64,000 bases of DNA, taken from Azolla caroliniana (taxonomy: Eukaryota > Plantae > Polypodiophyta). The position numbers and the translations under genes were made by a program. The DNA lies in contig JBHGNT010000005.1 of NCBI GenBank assembly GCA_043228905.1, positions 19,034,001-19,098,000 on the forward strand. Reading direction: 5' to 3'. Below the pieces are notes generated by a model. That model had not been told where the DNA came from and searched no databases. It saw nothing but the letters and a program-made list of their open reading frames with translations. Of the stretch, positions 37,141 through 51,039 are shown piece by piece (the stretch's first letter is position 1; each line of letters opens with the position of its first letter).

Positions 37141-38660
37141 CCGTCACCTATCTCTTCCTTCTAATAATATCTATGATAACTTCATGAAATTCTTTGTTTT
37201 CTATACCCAACACTTCTCTTAAAGTAAATTCTACCTTACTATTTAATATTCTTGTTTCTAGTACCTTTTTTATATCTGTCATTGTTTCTATGTCTGAGGC
37301 AAGCTTGAAAGATGGGCTTGTCTTCCCTTTTACTTTATCAACTTCCTTCGGCTCAATAGAACCCTTTTCCATCTCCCTTCTCTTTGTTCTCGTGTCTCAT
37401 GCCTCTTTGTCGGATCAGCTTCTTCAGCTCTCTTCCGCTTCTCTTCCACTAGCACATCTTGTGCATTCACTTGGGCGAATGCTGATAGCGCATCCACTGG
37501 ATCATTCCATCCAATGAAGTTTCGTATTTCATCTCCCGCTCTTTTTAATTCATCTACTCAAACCTTCCCTTTTCTTGCATAATCCATCACATCTTGCCAA
37601 AAGCCAGATCCACCATATGAGTCTTCTACGCACAACCCTAAGGTTGCCACTGATTGTATCACTTGAGTCGTTTCTCTCTCGACGTCTTCCATTAGCTTTT
37701 TCATTCCACCTCTCCCGAAGTTGAGTTGAAGTGGTTGTCGAGTCTCTATCGAGTGAATCTTGGCATCTTGATAGCAGATTTTATTATGATTAAGAGCATC
37801 CCTATGTTCTTGACAATCTTTCTGCTGGTGGTCGACACTGTCGCACCACATACACCTTTGGACAATGCCACATCCTTGCTGTGACGAAGTGGAGCTTTGT
37901 CCTGATTCCAGCTTCGTCACTTTGATCGACAAGTCTTTCATGCCTTTCACCAATTCGTGCAAGAGTGACTCTTCTACTTTCTTTTCTCCCGACTCGTTCC
38001 TCGTTTCTTCTTCATTTCTCTCCGGCAACTCCATAAACCACAACTTTCTTTTACAAAAATGGGTGCAAGCCCTTTTCACCTCCTCCCAATCTTCGGTAAG
38101 TCCATTCGGACTATTATGATCTTCTAGAAGCATTCCCAAATCCTTCCTGTCTTTAATATTAGTAGCTTGTAGAAATAATATTACTTTATCTGGCATTATT
38201 ATATTTCTATCCCTAATATTTAATTGCTCAAATCTTTTTGAAAACTCTTTTAACACTTCCAAAATACTTAAATGCTTATTAGACTCTACCCAATCCATGA
38301 AAGTTCGCCTTGTCATCCTTGACATATCATTGAGGTTGTATTCATTCAGCAATGCTCTTTCGAAAGTTTCCCATGTCTAATGTTCCCTTTGTAGCTCCTA
38401 TTTCCTTTGTTGTAGCCCTATCGCAGTGACTCGACTAAAGCTTTTAATTTTGGCAGCTTCGTCGACACCACGTTTAAGCATTTCTTCATTATAAATCTTC
38501 AAAAATCTCGTTAAATTTATACCTTCGAAGATTCCTACTCGTGCAAGAATATTGTCGACGGCTTTATCGATGCTTGCCATCATCCCTTGTTCCCGCATCA
38601 TTCGTTCCATGATTGTACACATAAGCCTCATTTGCTCCTCCACTTTTCCTTGACGCCGCC

Positions 38661-38678
38661 TTCACGTCGGGTTCACCA
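38661..38678 (-). promoter_or_regulatory. Primer binding site complementary to the tRNA-Trp 3' end
   Basis: Plus strand ttcacgtcgggttcacca matches the 3' end of plant cytosolic tRNA-Trp plus CCA (recalled, not searched). Confidence 0.8.
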
Positions 38679-38948
38679 AATGTGTCGGAGTAGTTGTGGT
38701 TTGTGCGGCGAAGTCGCAGGAACTAAGGTTAAAGGGAGTCGGCTATATATTTTATAAGGCTTTGTGCATTGATGTTAGGAAGATTAAGGATAAGAAGAAT
38801 AAGAGTTAAAAGTATTGTGTGACAAAGAGACGAGCATAGATTAGAGACAAAGATAATGTATGACTTAAGAAGTAATAGTATATGATATTAACATGATTTA
38901 TATTAAGAAGATTGATAAGACATCCCATGCTAGAGTGAAGGGGGAGCT

Positions 38949-39554
38949 TGTTGGGAATTCGGTCCCTCCGGATGGGATTCAGATGGAATCGGATGAATCA
39001 GACCAGACGGATCCAGGGACATATCTGTAAATATGTTTCTTGTGTGCCTGTCATGGCCATATATGTAAATAATCCTAAAGTCATATAAGTATAAATATGA
39101 CTTAGGGAAATCACTTTAGATAGTTGTAGATATGTTATTGTCATTGTTATAGCGAGAGAGGTGTGTCTGTCATGGCCATATACGTAAATAGTCCTAAAGT
39201 CATATAAGTATAAATATGACTAAGGGCAATCACTTTGGATAATTGTAGATATGTTATTGTCATTGTTGTAGAGAGAGTGTGTGTGTGAGATACAGAAAGC
39301 ATTTTTGTTGTAACTGCAGGTTGGCGAAGACATAGAGCTCGGGGTCATTGCCTTTGAGTCTCCTTTGTATCGTCTCCTTATAGTGATAGTTGGAGTCTAT
39401 GGGCTCCTATCATTTTTCCCTATTAGAGTTTTCCACGTAAACATCATGTGTCCTCTCTGTTGTTTGTGCAAGTGTATTAATCTCCATTTTTATTTTGATC
39501 TTCCATTGAGTTTTCAGCTCGGATGAGGCCGAGCGTCTATTCTGCACATTATCA
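38949..39554 (+). mobile_element. Copia 3' LTR (probably of E) with an internal ~120-bp duplication
   Basis: PPT gaagggggag precedes tgttggg; ends ttatca; duplicated TATA block at ~39048-39290; start resembles the 19336-20075 solo LTR. Confidence 0.75.
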
Positions 39555-39945
39555 GATAGTTGCTCGGCTGAGGTGCTACTCACTACAGTGCACATAATCA
39601 ACATGTCTCCGAGTAGGCCTCTAGGACTTCAAATCCCGCATGAGCTTTGGACCAGTTAGAGGCTGAATTTTGAGAAGTTGCGGATTTTGGTTGTGAGGCT
39701 TTCATACTTGTGCCTAACGATGATGGCTGAAAGTTTGAGCCATAATCCTAGAAATGCATTTTCCGTGGTTATGGATTAGAAGGAGAATTCGGCCACCGAC
39801 TCTAGGATCTAGAGAACTGACAAATTGTCCGAAGTTCAGTCATCTTCAATGAGTCGGAAATGCACAAGTCGGTCGAAAGGACGATTGAAGTTAGATGAGT
39901 CACATTTTCGAATGCTCTAACTCCTTCTAACGACCCATCATTTTC
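39555..39945 (+). pseudogene. Copia integrase C-terminal fragment
   Basis: AEVLLTTVHIINMSPSRPLGLQIPHELW, similar to the INT of element D. Confidence 0.75.
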
Positions 39946-40839
39946 GGTTTTGTTGAGGGCATTCTTCCTCTCGTACAACCCTGACAGTTTATGCCACATT
40001 TCATAGGCATTTGTGTCATTAGCCACATGCCGCAGAACACTCATGTCTACACACTATCTAGTGGTGGCCACCCCCTTCCTATTTAGGAGTTTCCATTCAG
40101 AATCCAATACACGTGTGGGTATTTCACTTTTGTCGATGCGTTCGTACATATATTTGACTATCAGAAGATCCTCCATCTTGATATTCTAGTCAGAGTAGTT
40201 GTGTGTGTTCAGGACCATCATACCTGGGAAGCCGCTCACACCTCCTTCCATTCTTGCACCTTACGCTTTGATACCAAATTGCAAGAATGGAAAGTAGATC
40301 TATGAGAAAAATAGACTGAAATGTACAATGCGGAAACAGAAAATAACAAATCGAGAATGCACAATACATAGTATTTACGTGGAAACTCTAACACGGGAAA
40401 AACCACGAGGAACATATATTCCACTATGTGAACAAGAGTACAGAGGAGAAAAGACATATTACAATTCTATGTAACTCAAAGAATACCCACTTAGGGTTCT
40501 TGGCAAGTTCCACTAAATTGTGTCGCCACACACACTCTCTCTCGCGCGTGCGCCTCTTCCTACTCTCTGCTATACTCTCTTATGCACTCAACTATAGAAG
40601 CTCTAACTCGCATCCACTCAATCATAATGGTTTGCCCTAGGTGTATTTATACTCATACACAATATGGGTTATTTACAAATGTACCTGTTATTATTATTAT
40701 TATATAATGTACATATAATAATTAATTGGTTTGACTCGTCGGCCTTGTCTTCGACCATCCAGTCGACCCTATCTACAACCATCTCGTCAGCCCTATATTC
40801 GACCATCTAGTCGGCCCAACTCGCTGCAGCACTCGGACA
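39945..40839 (-). mobile_element. 5' end of another copia: LTR 40280-40839, PBS 40269-40276, gag fragment
   Basis: tgatacca next to a TG...CA LTR; NAYEMWHKLSGLYERKNALNK. Confidence 0.75.
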
Positions 40840-41667
40840 ATTGTCATGCTGGCAACCGGCGCGAATGTTTCGTCATAGTCAATGTCGTGCTACTCGCGTA
40901 GCCCTTGGCTACCAGTCGGGCCTTGTACTGGTTGACGGAGCCGTCAACATTGTACTTTACTTTGTACACCTACCGGCATCTAATCTGCTTCACTTGTTTG
41001 GGGGCATCAACCAAGTCTCAAGTATTATTCTCTATTAAGGCGCACATCTCTTCCTCCATTACCGCACGCCAATTGGCGTCCTTTGTCGCCCCTACGTAGC
41101 TCTCTAGTTCACACACTTCCGCCACCTTTGCCATATATGCATAGTGATGCACCATATACTCATTGCACCGGGACTAGATTACATGGTTCTTCTTGTTTGT
41201 GGATCGATGCAACCACCGATTCACCGATTTCATGGCCCTCTTGGTTGACTCTGACCTCATCTCCGAAGGTCCATCTTCGCTCCTGGCCGCTTCGGATTCT
41301 CTCCGGTCCGATGTGCCAACCTCTATGCCATATTTTGGCATCTTCATCTTCCCCTTCTCCTTGCGTGTGAGCCATCTTCTCGGCTTTTGGCACGGGGACT
41401 ACACGATTGAGTCTTCGCAACTGGCCGACTCTTCATCCGGCTAGACAATTCCGGTTCAGTCCCTCATTTGGCCCACTTAGCCGAAATGAGATCGGACTCT
41501 CCTCCAGAGTTCCAATTTCTTCTTCATCTAGGGGCATCTCAGCCTCACTAGCCTCATCCTTAGAATTCAGAATGGAGTTAATGGGAGTCAAAGATAGAGG
41601 CAAGTACCACGAAGCCGACTCGTCGAATACGACAACTTGACTAGCTTGAACTTGTTTCATTCGAGGG

Positions 41668-43897
41668 TGTTGATAATCGAACTCAACTTCCCGCAGAGAC
41701 AGTGTTCACATTAGCTAGTGGACATCATAGTAGGCTAGATTTGTAATTAGTAGAAAGGGCACTTGCCCTAGATCAGTTGGTATTTAGACCAACCTTTTGT
41801 AACTTAGTTACTGTTGGATGTAATATACAGTTTCTTGGCTAGAGCTCTTTCCCTCTCTCTCTCTCTCGCTCTCTCTCTCATTCTCTCTTGTCTCACATAC
41901 ACACACACACACAACCGTTGCACATAATCACTCTTGTTTCTTTACATGGTAGCAGAGCGTGTGGTAGCTTGATCCAAGCCCATCGGTCTTACGTGTGTTG
42001 TGCTCAAGCTCGCATCAAGGGTAGAAGAAGTTCGACAATGAACACCCATATGGGAAGCACTCTTCTTACCGAGAAGCTCGATAGAACAAAGTTCGTATCT
42101 TGGGAGTACAAGATGCATCAGTACCTTGTCAGACAAGGTTACTAGAGCTACATTGAGGGAGCTCACGAAATGCAACCCAACCCGACACATGTCAACTACC
42201 TAGCGTGGGAGCAGGCCGCAAGCCGTGTGTTGTATTGCCTTGCGTCATGCGTTCATGACCCAATGCTTGGCTATATTCGAGATTCGAAAACACCGAAAGA
42301 AGCTTGGGGAAATCTCAAGAAGATTTTTGCGCCCAATACGGTTGCACGAAAGCTCCAACTTTGACAGGAGCTAAACAACGTGCAACAGAGGGACATGTCG
42401 ATCACCGGCTATACCTTAAAGATCAAGGAGTTGTGCGATGCCCCGGTTTGATTAATGTCGTCCTCAATGATGACGAAATGGTGCAAATATGCCTCGACGA
42501 CTTGGCACCTCGATTCGGCACGATCAGATCAGCCATTCTTGTGAGGGAGAACCCTCCCTCGTTTTACGACCTTCAATTGATTCTGTTGGTTGAAGAAAAT
42601 CACGTTCGACAAAGGAACAATGCGCCTAATGGTTAGATGCTCTACTCACAATCAGATGTTAGAAGAGGATTTGGCCGTGGAAATAGAGGTAGGTTCGGAC
42701 GAGGCTGACATGGTCAGTCGACCCCAGAGTGTAACTCCCACCAATGGCAAGAGGACCGGAACCGTCCCAAAGAGTTTGGTAGAATGGGGAGCCACCCCGC
42801 CGAACCGAGCAATCGTAACAACCCGATCGAATGCGGGTACTATGGAAAACACGGTCACTATGAAGAGGAGTGCCGAAGAAAGATACGAGACTCGGCTTCG
42901 ACTAGCCAACAACTCACAAACTACACTTCGAATTCCGACTACGACGATCGTGGCGGGATGTTCGTAATGAGGCATGAAGCACATTCAATGTCTACACATG
43001 CCCCAACTAGCACCTCTTCTTCAGATGGCATATGGTTTGTCGACTTGGGAGCATCCAATCACATGACGTTCAATGAAGATTGGTTCCAAGAATTACGAAA
43101 GCCCGATCGACCCGACTATGTTGAAACTGGAGATGATACGACTCACCCAATTCGGCATGTCGGAAATGTTCCATTCAGAAATGACGGCAAACAAACCTAC
43201 CTCAAGAACGTCTTGCATGTCCCAACCATCACGAAAAACTTGGTCTCGGTCGGCTAGATTGTGGAACAAGGTATGCAAGTACGATTCAATAATGAAGGGT
43301 GCTTCATAAAAAAGGATGATAAAATCAGAGCACATGGTTGCCAAGAAGGCCGAATGTTCATCCTTGAATCAGAGGAGGTGAAATTGGTTATGTTCGCAAA
43401 AGGCCTCAAAGTCGAAACAGACTTGAAACTGTGGCACAAGAGAATCGGCCACATCAATCTCCAAAAGCTCCAGAACATGCAGTCGAAAGGAGTCATAATC
43501 AAACTCCCTACATTTACTAAGAAAGAGATTACGGACATATGCGAGGCGTGCCAATTCGGAAAACAACACCAACATCCATTCCTGAAAGAGAGGAATATGA
43601 GTAAAGGGATCCTGGATGTAGTACATTCAGATGTGTGGGGACTAGCCCAAACCGTAGCATTCGGAGGTTGCCGCTATTATGTCTGTTGAGAATCAAACTC
43701 AACTTCCCATAGGAATAGGTTCACACTAGCCCATGGACATACCAGGCTAGTTTTGTAAATAGTAGAAAGGGCGCTTGCCCTAGCTTAGTTGGTATATAAA
43801 CCAACTCATTGTAACTTAGTTGTAGTTGGAAGTCTTATGCAATATACAATTTGATTATCTCTGTCTTGAGCTCTCACTCACTCACTCACTCACTCAC

Positions 43898-43991
<94 letters not shown>

Positions 43992-46900
43992 GCTACACGC
44001 ACACACACACATAGTCTCTCATCTTCCGCTGCATTGCAATCACCACAGACTCCATTTCTTAACAATGTCACATTCATCGACGACTTCTCGAGGCACACCT
44101 GGATCTACCCTATGCGGCAGAAGAGCGAAGTGTTCAGACACTTCCAAAAGTTTAAAAATGAAGTCGAAAAAGCCTCGGGTCGGCACATACGATGCCTTTG
44201 ATTAGATGGAGGAAAGGAGTATTTCTCAGACGAATTTACGACGTGTCGACATACACCTTGGCAAAATGGTGTAGCCAAACGGAAGAATCGGCACATAGTA
44301 GAGGTTGCATGGGCAATGATGAATGAGAAGAACCGACTGAAATCGTACTGGGGAGAAGTAGGGAACACGGCCGTATATCTCATGAACACGTGTACAACCT
44401 TTGGGGTACACGACGTAAACCCTCATGAGAGGTTTTTTGGAAAAAAGTTGGATTTATCACATGTCCGGATTTTCGACTCAATCGCCTATGTGCATATTCC
44501 CGAAAAGACGCAACAAAAGCTCAACCCGAAGTCGGAGAAATGTATCCTCGTAGGGTACTCGCTCGAATAGAAGGGGTACAAATGCTACAACCCATCTACC
44601 CGAAAAACTCGAGTGAGTCGAGACGTCGTTTTTGATGAGTTAGCATCATTGTACAATCCAGAGACGACTCCGATTTCTACTCCTGTCGATCCGGAATCGG
44701 TTGAATAAGAGATAGAAGAAGAATTTCGACCCAGACACATGTTCGAAGAAAGTCCGGTTACGACAAGGCTTTCTGAACCACAAGAGCCCCCGAGTGACCA
44801 AAGCACATCTCGACCGAGTCCGAAACTCGACAAAGGGAAGGCCAAGATGTCCGAATACGAAGATCCAATCAACAACGAGTCAACTCACTCCCTTGACAGT
44901 GAGTTTGAAGGCATGGATATCCCGATCATCCAAACGAATGGAGAGAAGAAAGCATTAGTCTCCGCGAACGAGAAGCTACGTCAGTCCACCTGTGAAAAGA
45001 ACCCTGTAAGCCGATTCAGCTACGATGAGTACATGGCGTATCATTACACCTTTATGATGAAGGTAGCAACTTTCCGAGAACCGGAAACATTTTCCGAAGC
45101 TATGAAGGACCCACAATGGGTCGACGCGATGAATGAAGAAATGCAGGCCTTGTGCAAAAACGAGACATGGGATCTTATTCCCCATTCACATCACAGGAAA
45201 GCGATTGGTTGCGGATGGGTCTATAAGGTCAAATACAATGTCGACGGCTCAATAAATCGCCTCAAAGCACGACTCGTCGCAAAAGGATACACACAAACGC
45301 ACGAAGTCGAAGGAGACCTTTGCCCCGGTGGCAAAGATGATGATTGTGCGGACCGTAATTGCACTCGCAGCTACGAAAGGGTGGCATCTTCACCAAATGG
45401 ACGTCAAGAACGCCTTTCTTCAAGGAGAATTAGAAAAGGAGGTGTTCATGATTCAACCCCCCTGTTTTGAATCAAATAATCATCCAAAAGCAGTATGTAG
45501 ACTAAAGAAGCCACTCTATGGCCTTAAGCAAGCATCGTGTGCTTGGCATTCGAAGATCACTTAGTATCTTCATCAAATTGGCTTTCGAATGTCGAAATCG
45601 GACAACTCCTAGTACATCCGAAATGAGTCGAACCACCCAATTGTCATCATCTTGTATGTGGATGATCTGGTCATCGGAGGAAAGGATCTCGTTGAGATTA
45701 ATAAGGTAAAATCACTCCTATCCGGCAGATTCGAAATGAAAGATATGAACGAGCTCCATTACTTCCTTGGTATCAAAGTAATTCGGACAACAGTCGGGAT
45801 ATTGATCACTCAACGACACTACGTTCTCAAATTACTCTACAAGTTCGGAATGACTGAGTGCAAACCTGTGTCTACCCCTCTCGACCGAAATCTCGAGCTC
45901 GATGTCGATCCAGGCACAATCGAGTGTGAGCTAACTCAGTATCGACAACTGATCGGCAACCTAATCTATCTAACCATCACATGACCCGATCTTAACTATT
46001 TGGTCGGCCTACTTAGCCAATTCATGTAGAACCCACGAAATGATCATCTCGATTGCGCTAAGAGGATACTTCGGTATGTCAGTACGGCGATGGATTACGG
46101 CATCATGTATAAGTCAAATACGTTTATTCGACTCGAAGGGTACACTTCCGGATTCGTCTTCTCCCTCGGTAGGGGGGGCGATCTCTTGGAGCAACAAGAA
46201 ACAACTGAAAGTTGCAATGTCAAGCACGGTGGCCGAATACAGGGGCGCGGCGGTCGCCGTGTGTGAAGCTGTCTGGTTCAAACGCATCATGAAGGATTTG
46301 GGCGTTCCCATCACGGATCCAATTCGCCTCTTCTGTGACAACATGAGCAACATCTACCTCGCTCGGAACCCGATATTCCACGCACGAACTAAACACATGG
46401 AAGTGCACTATCACTTTATTCGCGAACGCATTCAGGTTGGTGATATTGATTTACAACATATCAACATGAACCTCCGGATTGCTGACATCTTCACAAAAGC
46501 CCTCGGTATCAACAAGTTGCGGCAGTTCGCAATGAACCTTGGTCTCTCAATCATCGACCGACCGCGCTTGAGGGGGAGTACAGTAGCAGCCGATGCCAAA
46601 CAGTAATCGATCAGTCGATCGAAGCCGACCAGAGGAGTCGAAGTACAAACAAACAATCGAGCAGTTGAACACGGAGAATCGAACAATCGAAATGGTAAGC
46701 CATGTCGAAAACCGAAATCGAAAAGCGAAGTCGAAACCGATTCAACCGAATCGAAGTATTTTGAAGACCAAACCAAAACAATCTTTTGACATTCGAAAGT
46801 TGTGTTCGAAGGGGCGTGTCGAGAATCGAACTCAACTTCCCACAGAGACAGTGTTCACACTAGCTAGGGGACATCATAGTAGGCTAGATTTGTAATTAGT

Positions 46901-47036
46901 AGAAAAAGCACTTGACCTAGATCAGTTGGTATTTAGACCAACCTTTTGTAACTTAGTTACTGTTGGATGTAATATACAATTTCTTGTCTAGAGCTCTCTC
47001 CCTCCCTCCCTCCCTCTCTCTCTCTCTCTCTCTTGT

Positions 47037-47079
<43 letters not shown>

Positions 47080-47111
47080 CCGCTACACATAATCACTCTT
47101 GTTTCTTTACA
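41668..47111 (+). mobile_element. Copia element F (relative of C)
   Basis: LTRs 41668-41946 and 46817-47111; TSD GAGGG; PBS tggtagcagagc; full gag-PR-INT-RT-RH order with stops. Confidence 0.92.
43684..44064 (+). mobile_element. Solo LTR inside the integrase of F
   Basis: TG...CA, TSD ATGTC; homologous to the LTRs of F; long (CTCA)n(CT)n tract. Confidence 0.92.
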
Positions 47112-48329
47112 GAGGGTTATACATTTATAACCCTTCTCTTCATCCAAGTAGCTGACCATAATGCACTTATTGGCTTTCACATCTAGCTTCCTCCTCTTCT
47201 CTTTCGGCACATGCACATATGCTATGTTGCCGAACACCCTCAAGTGTCCCAAATTCAGCTTGCACCTAAAATACAGCTCATGTGGCGACACTGCTCCATT
47301 TGCAGACGTCTGATTCTACAAGTAGATGATTGTCCTAACCGCTTCAACCCAATAGAGCTTGGGCATATGCTTCTCCTCAAGCATTGCCCTTGCCGCATCC
47401 TCAATGGTCCGATTTTTCTGCTTGGCAAGGCTCTTCACCTCAAGGAAACCGGAGAAGACTTCACTTTTCTTCTCGACCATGCACACCCAGGTTACAAAGT
47501 AACAACTCCCATCGATGCTCACGTTCCGCGCCGGTCCCCACACATCCGAATGGATCAAATCAAGCTTAATTAGACTATGATTACACTCATTGGGGAATGG
47601 AAGCTGATGATTCTTCCCTAGCTGACAGGCTTCATAGACTTGGCCCTCCCAACCATTGAATTTTGGCAAGCCATAAATGATTTTTTTCGTCTGCATTTCT
47701 CGAAGCCACAAGAAGTTGATGTGGTCGAACTGCTTGTGCCACAAGCCAATGTCCTACTCGACCTTTTACCCCTTGGTGAACATAATGGTGCTGACGTCGT
47801 TCGTGTTAAGGATAAACATCCTCCCTTCTCTTCGCCCACACACGATTATCTAGCCTTCATCTTCAATGAAGCACCTGTGATGAGTGAATTGGACTTGCAT
47901 GCCCTGGTCGACAATTTGTCCGACCGACACCAAGTTTTTGATGATTGTCGGCGCATGCAAGACGTTCCTCATTATCACTCTCTAGCCGACATGGCTTAGA
48001 GGGACATCTCCGATATGTTTGATGGGGTGAGGAGTGTCCTTGCAAGTTTTGATGACCCTTGGCTGTTCCGGCCTCTCCAACATCGAGAACCACTCCTTGT
48101 GGTTCGTCATATGGTTCGATGCTCTAGAATCCACGTACCACACCTCGTTCGACTTCGAGGTGTTTGCCTCCATCGAGTTGGCCCAACCTTCGTAATGAAC
48201 ATTATAATGGCCGGGTTAGTGGGGCCACCAATCCAATGGAGATTATAACGAACGGGTTAATCGGGTTACCAATCCGATAAAGATTACAATGGCCGGGTTA
48301 GCCGGTTTACGGAAGATCAAAATTCACAA

Positions 48330-48836
48330 TGGCGTGCTTTTTTTTGGGATAATGATCTGACGGTGCAGATTGCATGCGATTAGCGAAATTTGGCCTGCAC
48401 CGTCCGTGACCGCGATGCCCTGACCAGGGAAGGCAGGTTAGGCTAGGCCTCCTCTTCCTTATCATTTGGTGGCAAATAGTGAAGAGCCAGGGGCAAGTAC
48501 CAACCATCACCATCAATGGGAGGAGGAAATTGAAATTGTAGAGAGACACATTTTCTTTTCTTTTTTCCTTTTTTGGGCATTTTTCTTTATGTGGTAAGAA
48601 ATGGTGAGATGATGATTCCTTCCATTTGCATAACTCCCCCCACCCATCGCCCACCAATTTCAACTTCCTGTCGCTCCTCTTTCTTTCCAACTGGGTCCTC
48701 GCCCAATCAATCGCTCAGGTGATGGTGATGGTGATGGTGATGGTGATGTCTTCCTCCAATACTTCCTCTCACGTGGAGTAAGCTCTCTTCATGGTCGCCT
48801 CCTAAACCTCTCTCCACACCCCAATCCCCCCCCAAG
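48330..48836 (+). other. Probable promoter / non-coding first exon of the dynein gene
   Basis: GC- and CT-rich non-TE sequence ending in a strong donor caag|gtaagc; next acceptor ttttcag at ~51599. Confidence 0.4.
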
Positions 48837-50299
48837 GTAAGCACTGCTAATCGTGCACGGATTCTTGGCGCGAGAGACAGAGTGAGAGAGAAAGGTTAAT
48901 GTCTAATATAAGGTGCAATCATCTTGTGAGACAAATTATGATTATAAATATGGATAAGTTCCTGTTGTCTATACTGAAACAAAATGAAAGGCCATCAACA
49001 AACGATTCTTGTCTTGATTTTGAGAGAGAAAGAAAGAAGAAAGAAAGATATATTAACGTCTTTTAAGAGGCCAAAATGGCTTATAAGACCAAACAAGAGA
49101 TAAAGGTAAAGGCATACATATATTAATGTCTACTAGAGGCTGAAATTGGCCCATGAGATAAATCATGATTACAAATAGGGATGATTTCAAATCATCCATA
49201 CTGAAACAAAAAGAAAAGATACAGGTTTTTTAAAGATACAAGATACTGCTGGTCTTTACAATTGGTAACGATTCTTGGGATGGTTTTACTAGCATAAAGC
49301 ATATAACTGCTATATACTGGAGGAGCAATGGTGAGAGAATATGGAATCTTATGCTGGTTTATAAAGTGGAATGAGGCTACAAAGAAGCTCACTGATTGCG
49401 TATGGGTGTCTTCTGGACGGATTGTCACTTGTCTCCAACATGGGCTGATAAAAAATGGAGAGGTCTCAAAAATGAAGAAAGTTATGCTGGGTGATAATGG
49501 CCTTGATACTCTTGTTGAATCTTCTATCCATGATCTCTAGAATGAATTAGACCAAAGCATCTTTACCCAACAAGAATACTCAAGCTGAAATGGGGGCAAC
49601 ATGAATGGTCGTGCAGACTCTAGGCAGGTCATTGTCTCATTGTCATAGTACCTGGGAACTTGCTTGACATAGATATGCCAGCTTGGCATTGAAGTCATGT
49701 AGGTGGTGGTGATATCTTATGTTGGTATGTTCAACTGGCATCATGATTTCAGCATAGGCAAGATTACATCCTTCTAGTACTCTTCAGATGTGCCGTTTCC
49801 TGCACTAACTCACTCAAAGATAAGGAAAGTAAGTAGGCAAAACCTCATTTAACCCACGATTTGGGGGGGATTGATTTGAACCCCCTTATAGATCGGCACA
49901 AAGATGGCATTGTATTGGGACAATCATTGCGACATCACTTAGGATGGATTTATACTCAAGGATGTAGAGGCAACGGTCTTCATGTATGGATGTTCATCTG
50001 TCTCGTGGATTGATATGGAACCATTGGACAGATCTGTACCTCATCACATCAGTTGGAGATAGAGATAGGTAGGTATAGGATTGAACTTCTGTAGGAGGGA
50101 TATGTTAACTCTACTAATAGAGCCAGATGTTGGAGGTGACAACCCTATAACTAATATCTCCCTTCTACACTCTCTATCTACACATCAGAGGATGGGTTCA
50201 TCGTCAAGCCCTCTTATATGGACATATGTATTTCCCATGTCTGTACAATGTTATATGGCAGCTGCGAACTTCCTCCCATCAGTTCGAGATTGAGGTAAG

Positions 50300-50921
50300 A
50301 AGATATGCATGAACAATACCTCTAGATGAAAGTATTTGCCAAATTTGTCATTGGAATACGAGGACCAACATTGCTTGGGGCGTTTCTTGCTAGAACTCAT
50401 TGAAGGACTGCAAAACAGCCACACCAGGTCATCAACAAAGAGCATCCTTTCTTTAGCCCCATTGCTCTTACTCATACTACAAGTCAACCAAGGGCTACAC
50501 AAATGGGCTCCAAACCAGGGCATAGCAAAAGGGGTACAATAGATCGGGCAATAACAGTTTTCTGTGCACGTAGGCCCCAACTTCATGGACCATGATCTCA
50601 CCACCTTTGTCATTGACAGATAAAGGCCATTATCTCCCACTGTCGCAAGTGCTTCCCTCACTTCGGAGACTCCTCCATTCTGGATCGACCTATGGTATAG
50701 ATCTTTTGAAGACAATAACTACAATTATTTGGCGTGAGAATCTTACATGTACTGATAACAAGATTCTTTAGTCACGTCTTATCTTATTTACTCTTTTGTT
50801 TTACTTGACATTTATATTGGTTTGTTGTTCTCTAAGACAAGGCAACACTTAGGATTTAATCTCTTGTTTGGTCTTGTAGGCCATTTTGGCCACTTAAAAA
50901 ACGTGATTATATCTTTCTTTC
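50300..50921 (+). mobile_element. LINE 3'-end copy (intronic family)
   Basis: Homologous to 58143-58935; ends ggccattttggccacttaaaa...tatctttctttc. Confidence 0.75.
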
Positions 50922-51039
50922 TAGAGTTTGTGCATTGCCTCATGACCAAGCTCCCATAATTTTTAGAGGCATTTTGTGACATGCTTTCCCCCTTTGCCAC
51001 TACTCCCTTTTAAAATACATTTGTAGGGATGGAGGGTGA

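Larger units (their letters stand above)
31170..38912 (-). mobile_element. Ty3/gypsy element inserted in E
   Basis: 3'LTR 31170-32188 with adjacent PPT; 5'LTR 38683-38912 (truncated); gag (CMWCDSVDHQQKDC), PR (LIDHG), RT (DLYSGYDQ, FLDD), RH, INT (H-H-C-C, TTAYNPEANG, WFGPY) in gypsy order, 32181-38640. Confidence 0.92.
40840..48195 (-). pseudogene. Old copia pol remnant (PR-INT-RT start), host of element F
   Basis: WYVDSRASNHM, LDLIHSDVWGP and LRVFGNIAYVHVP at 47117-48195; VVFDESASWY and ETFAPVA at 40840-41662. Confidence 0.8.

Noticed and set aside
49180-50300. Coding-like decayed sequence in the first intron
   Set aside because: Probably an old TE remnant, but no motif could be identified with confidence
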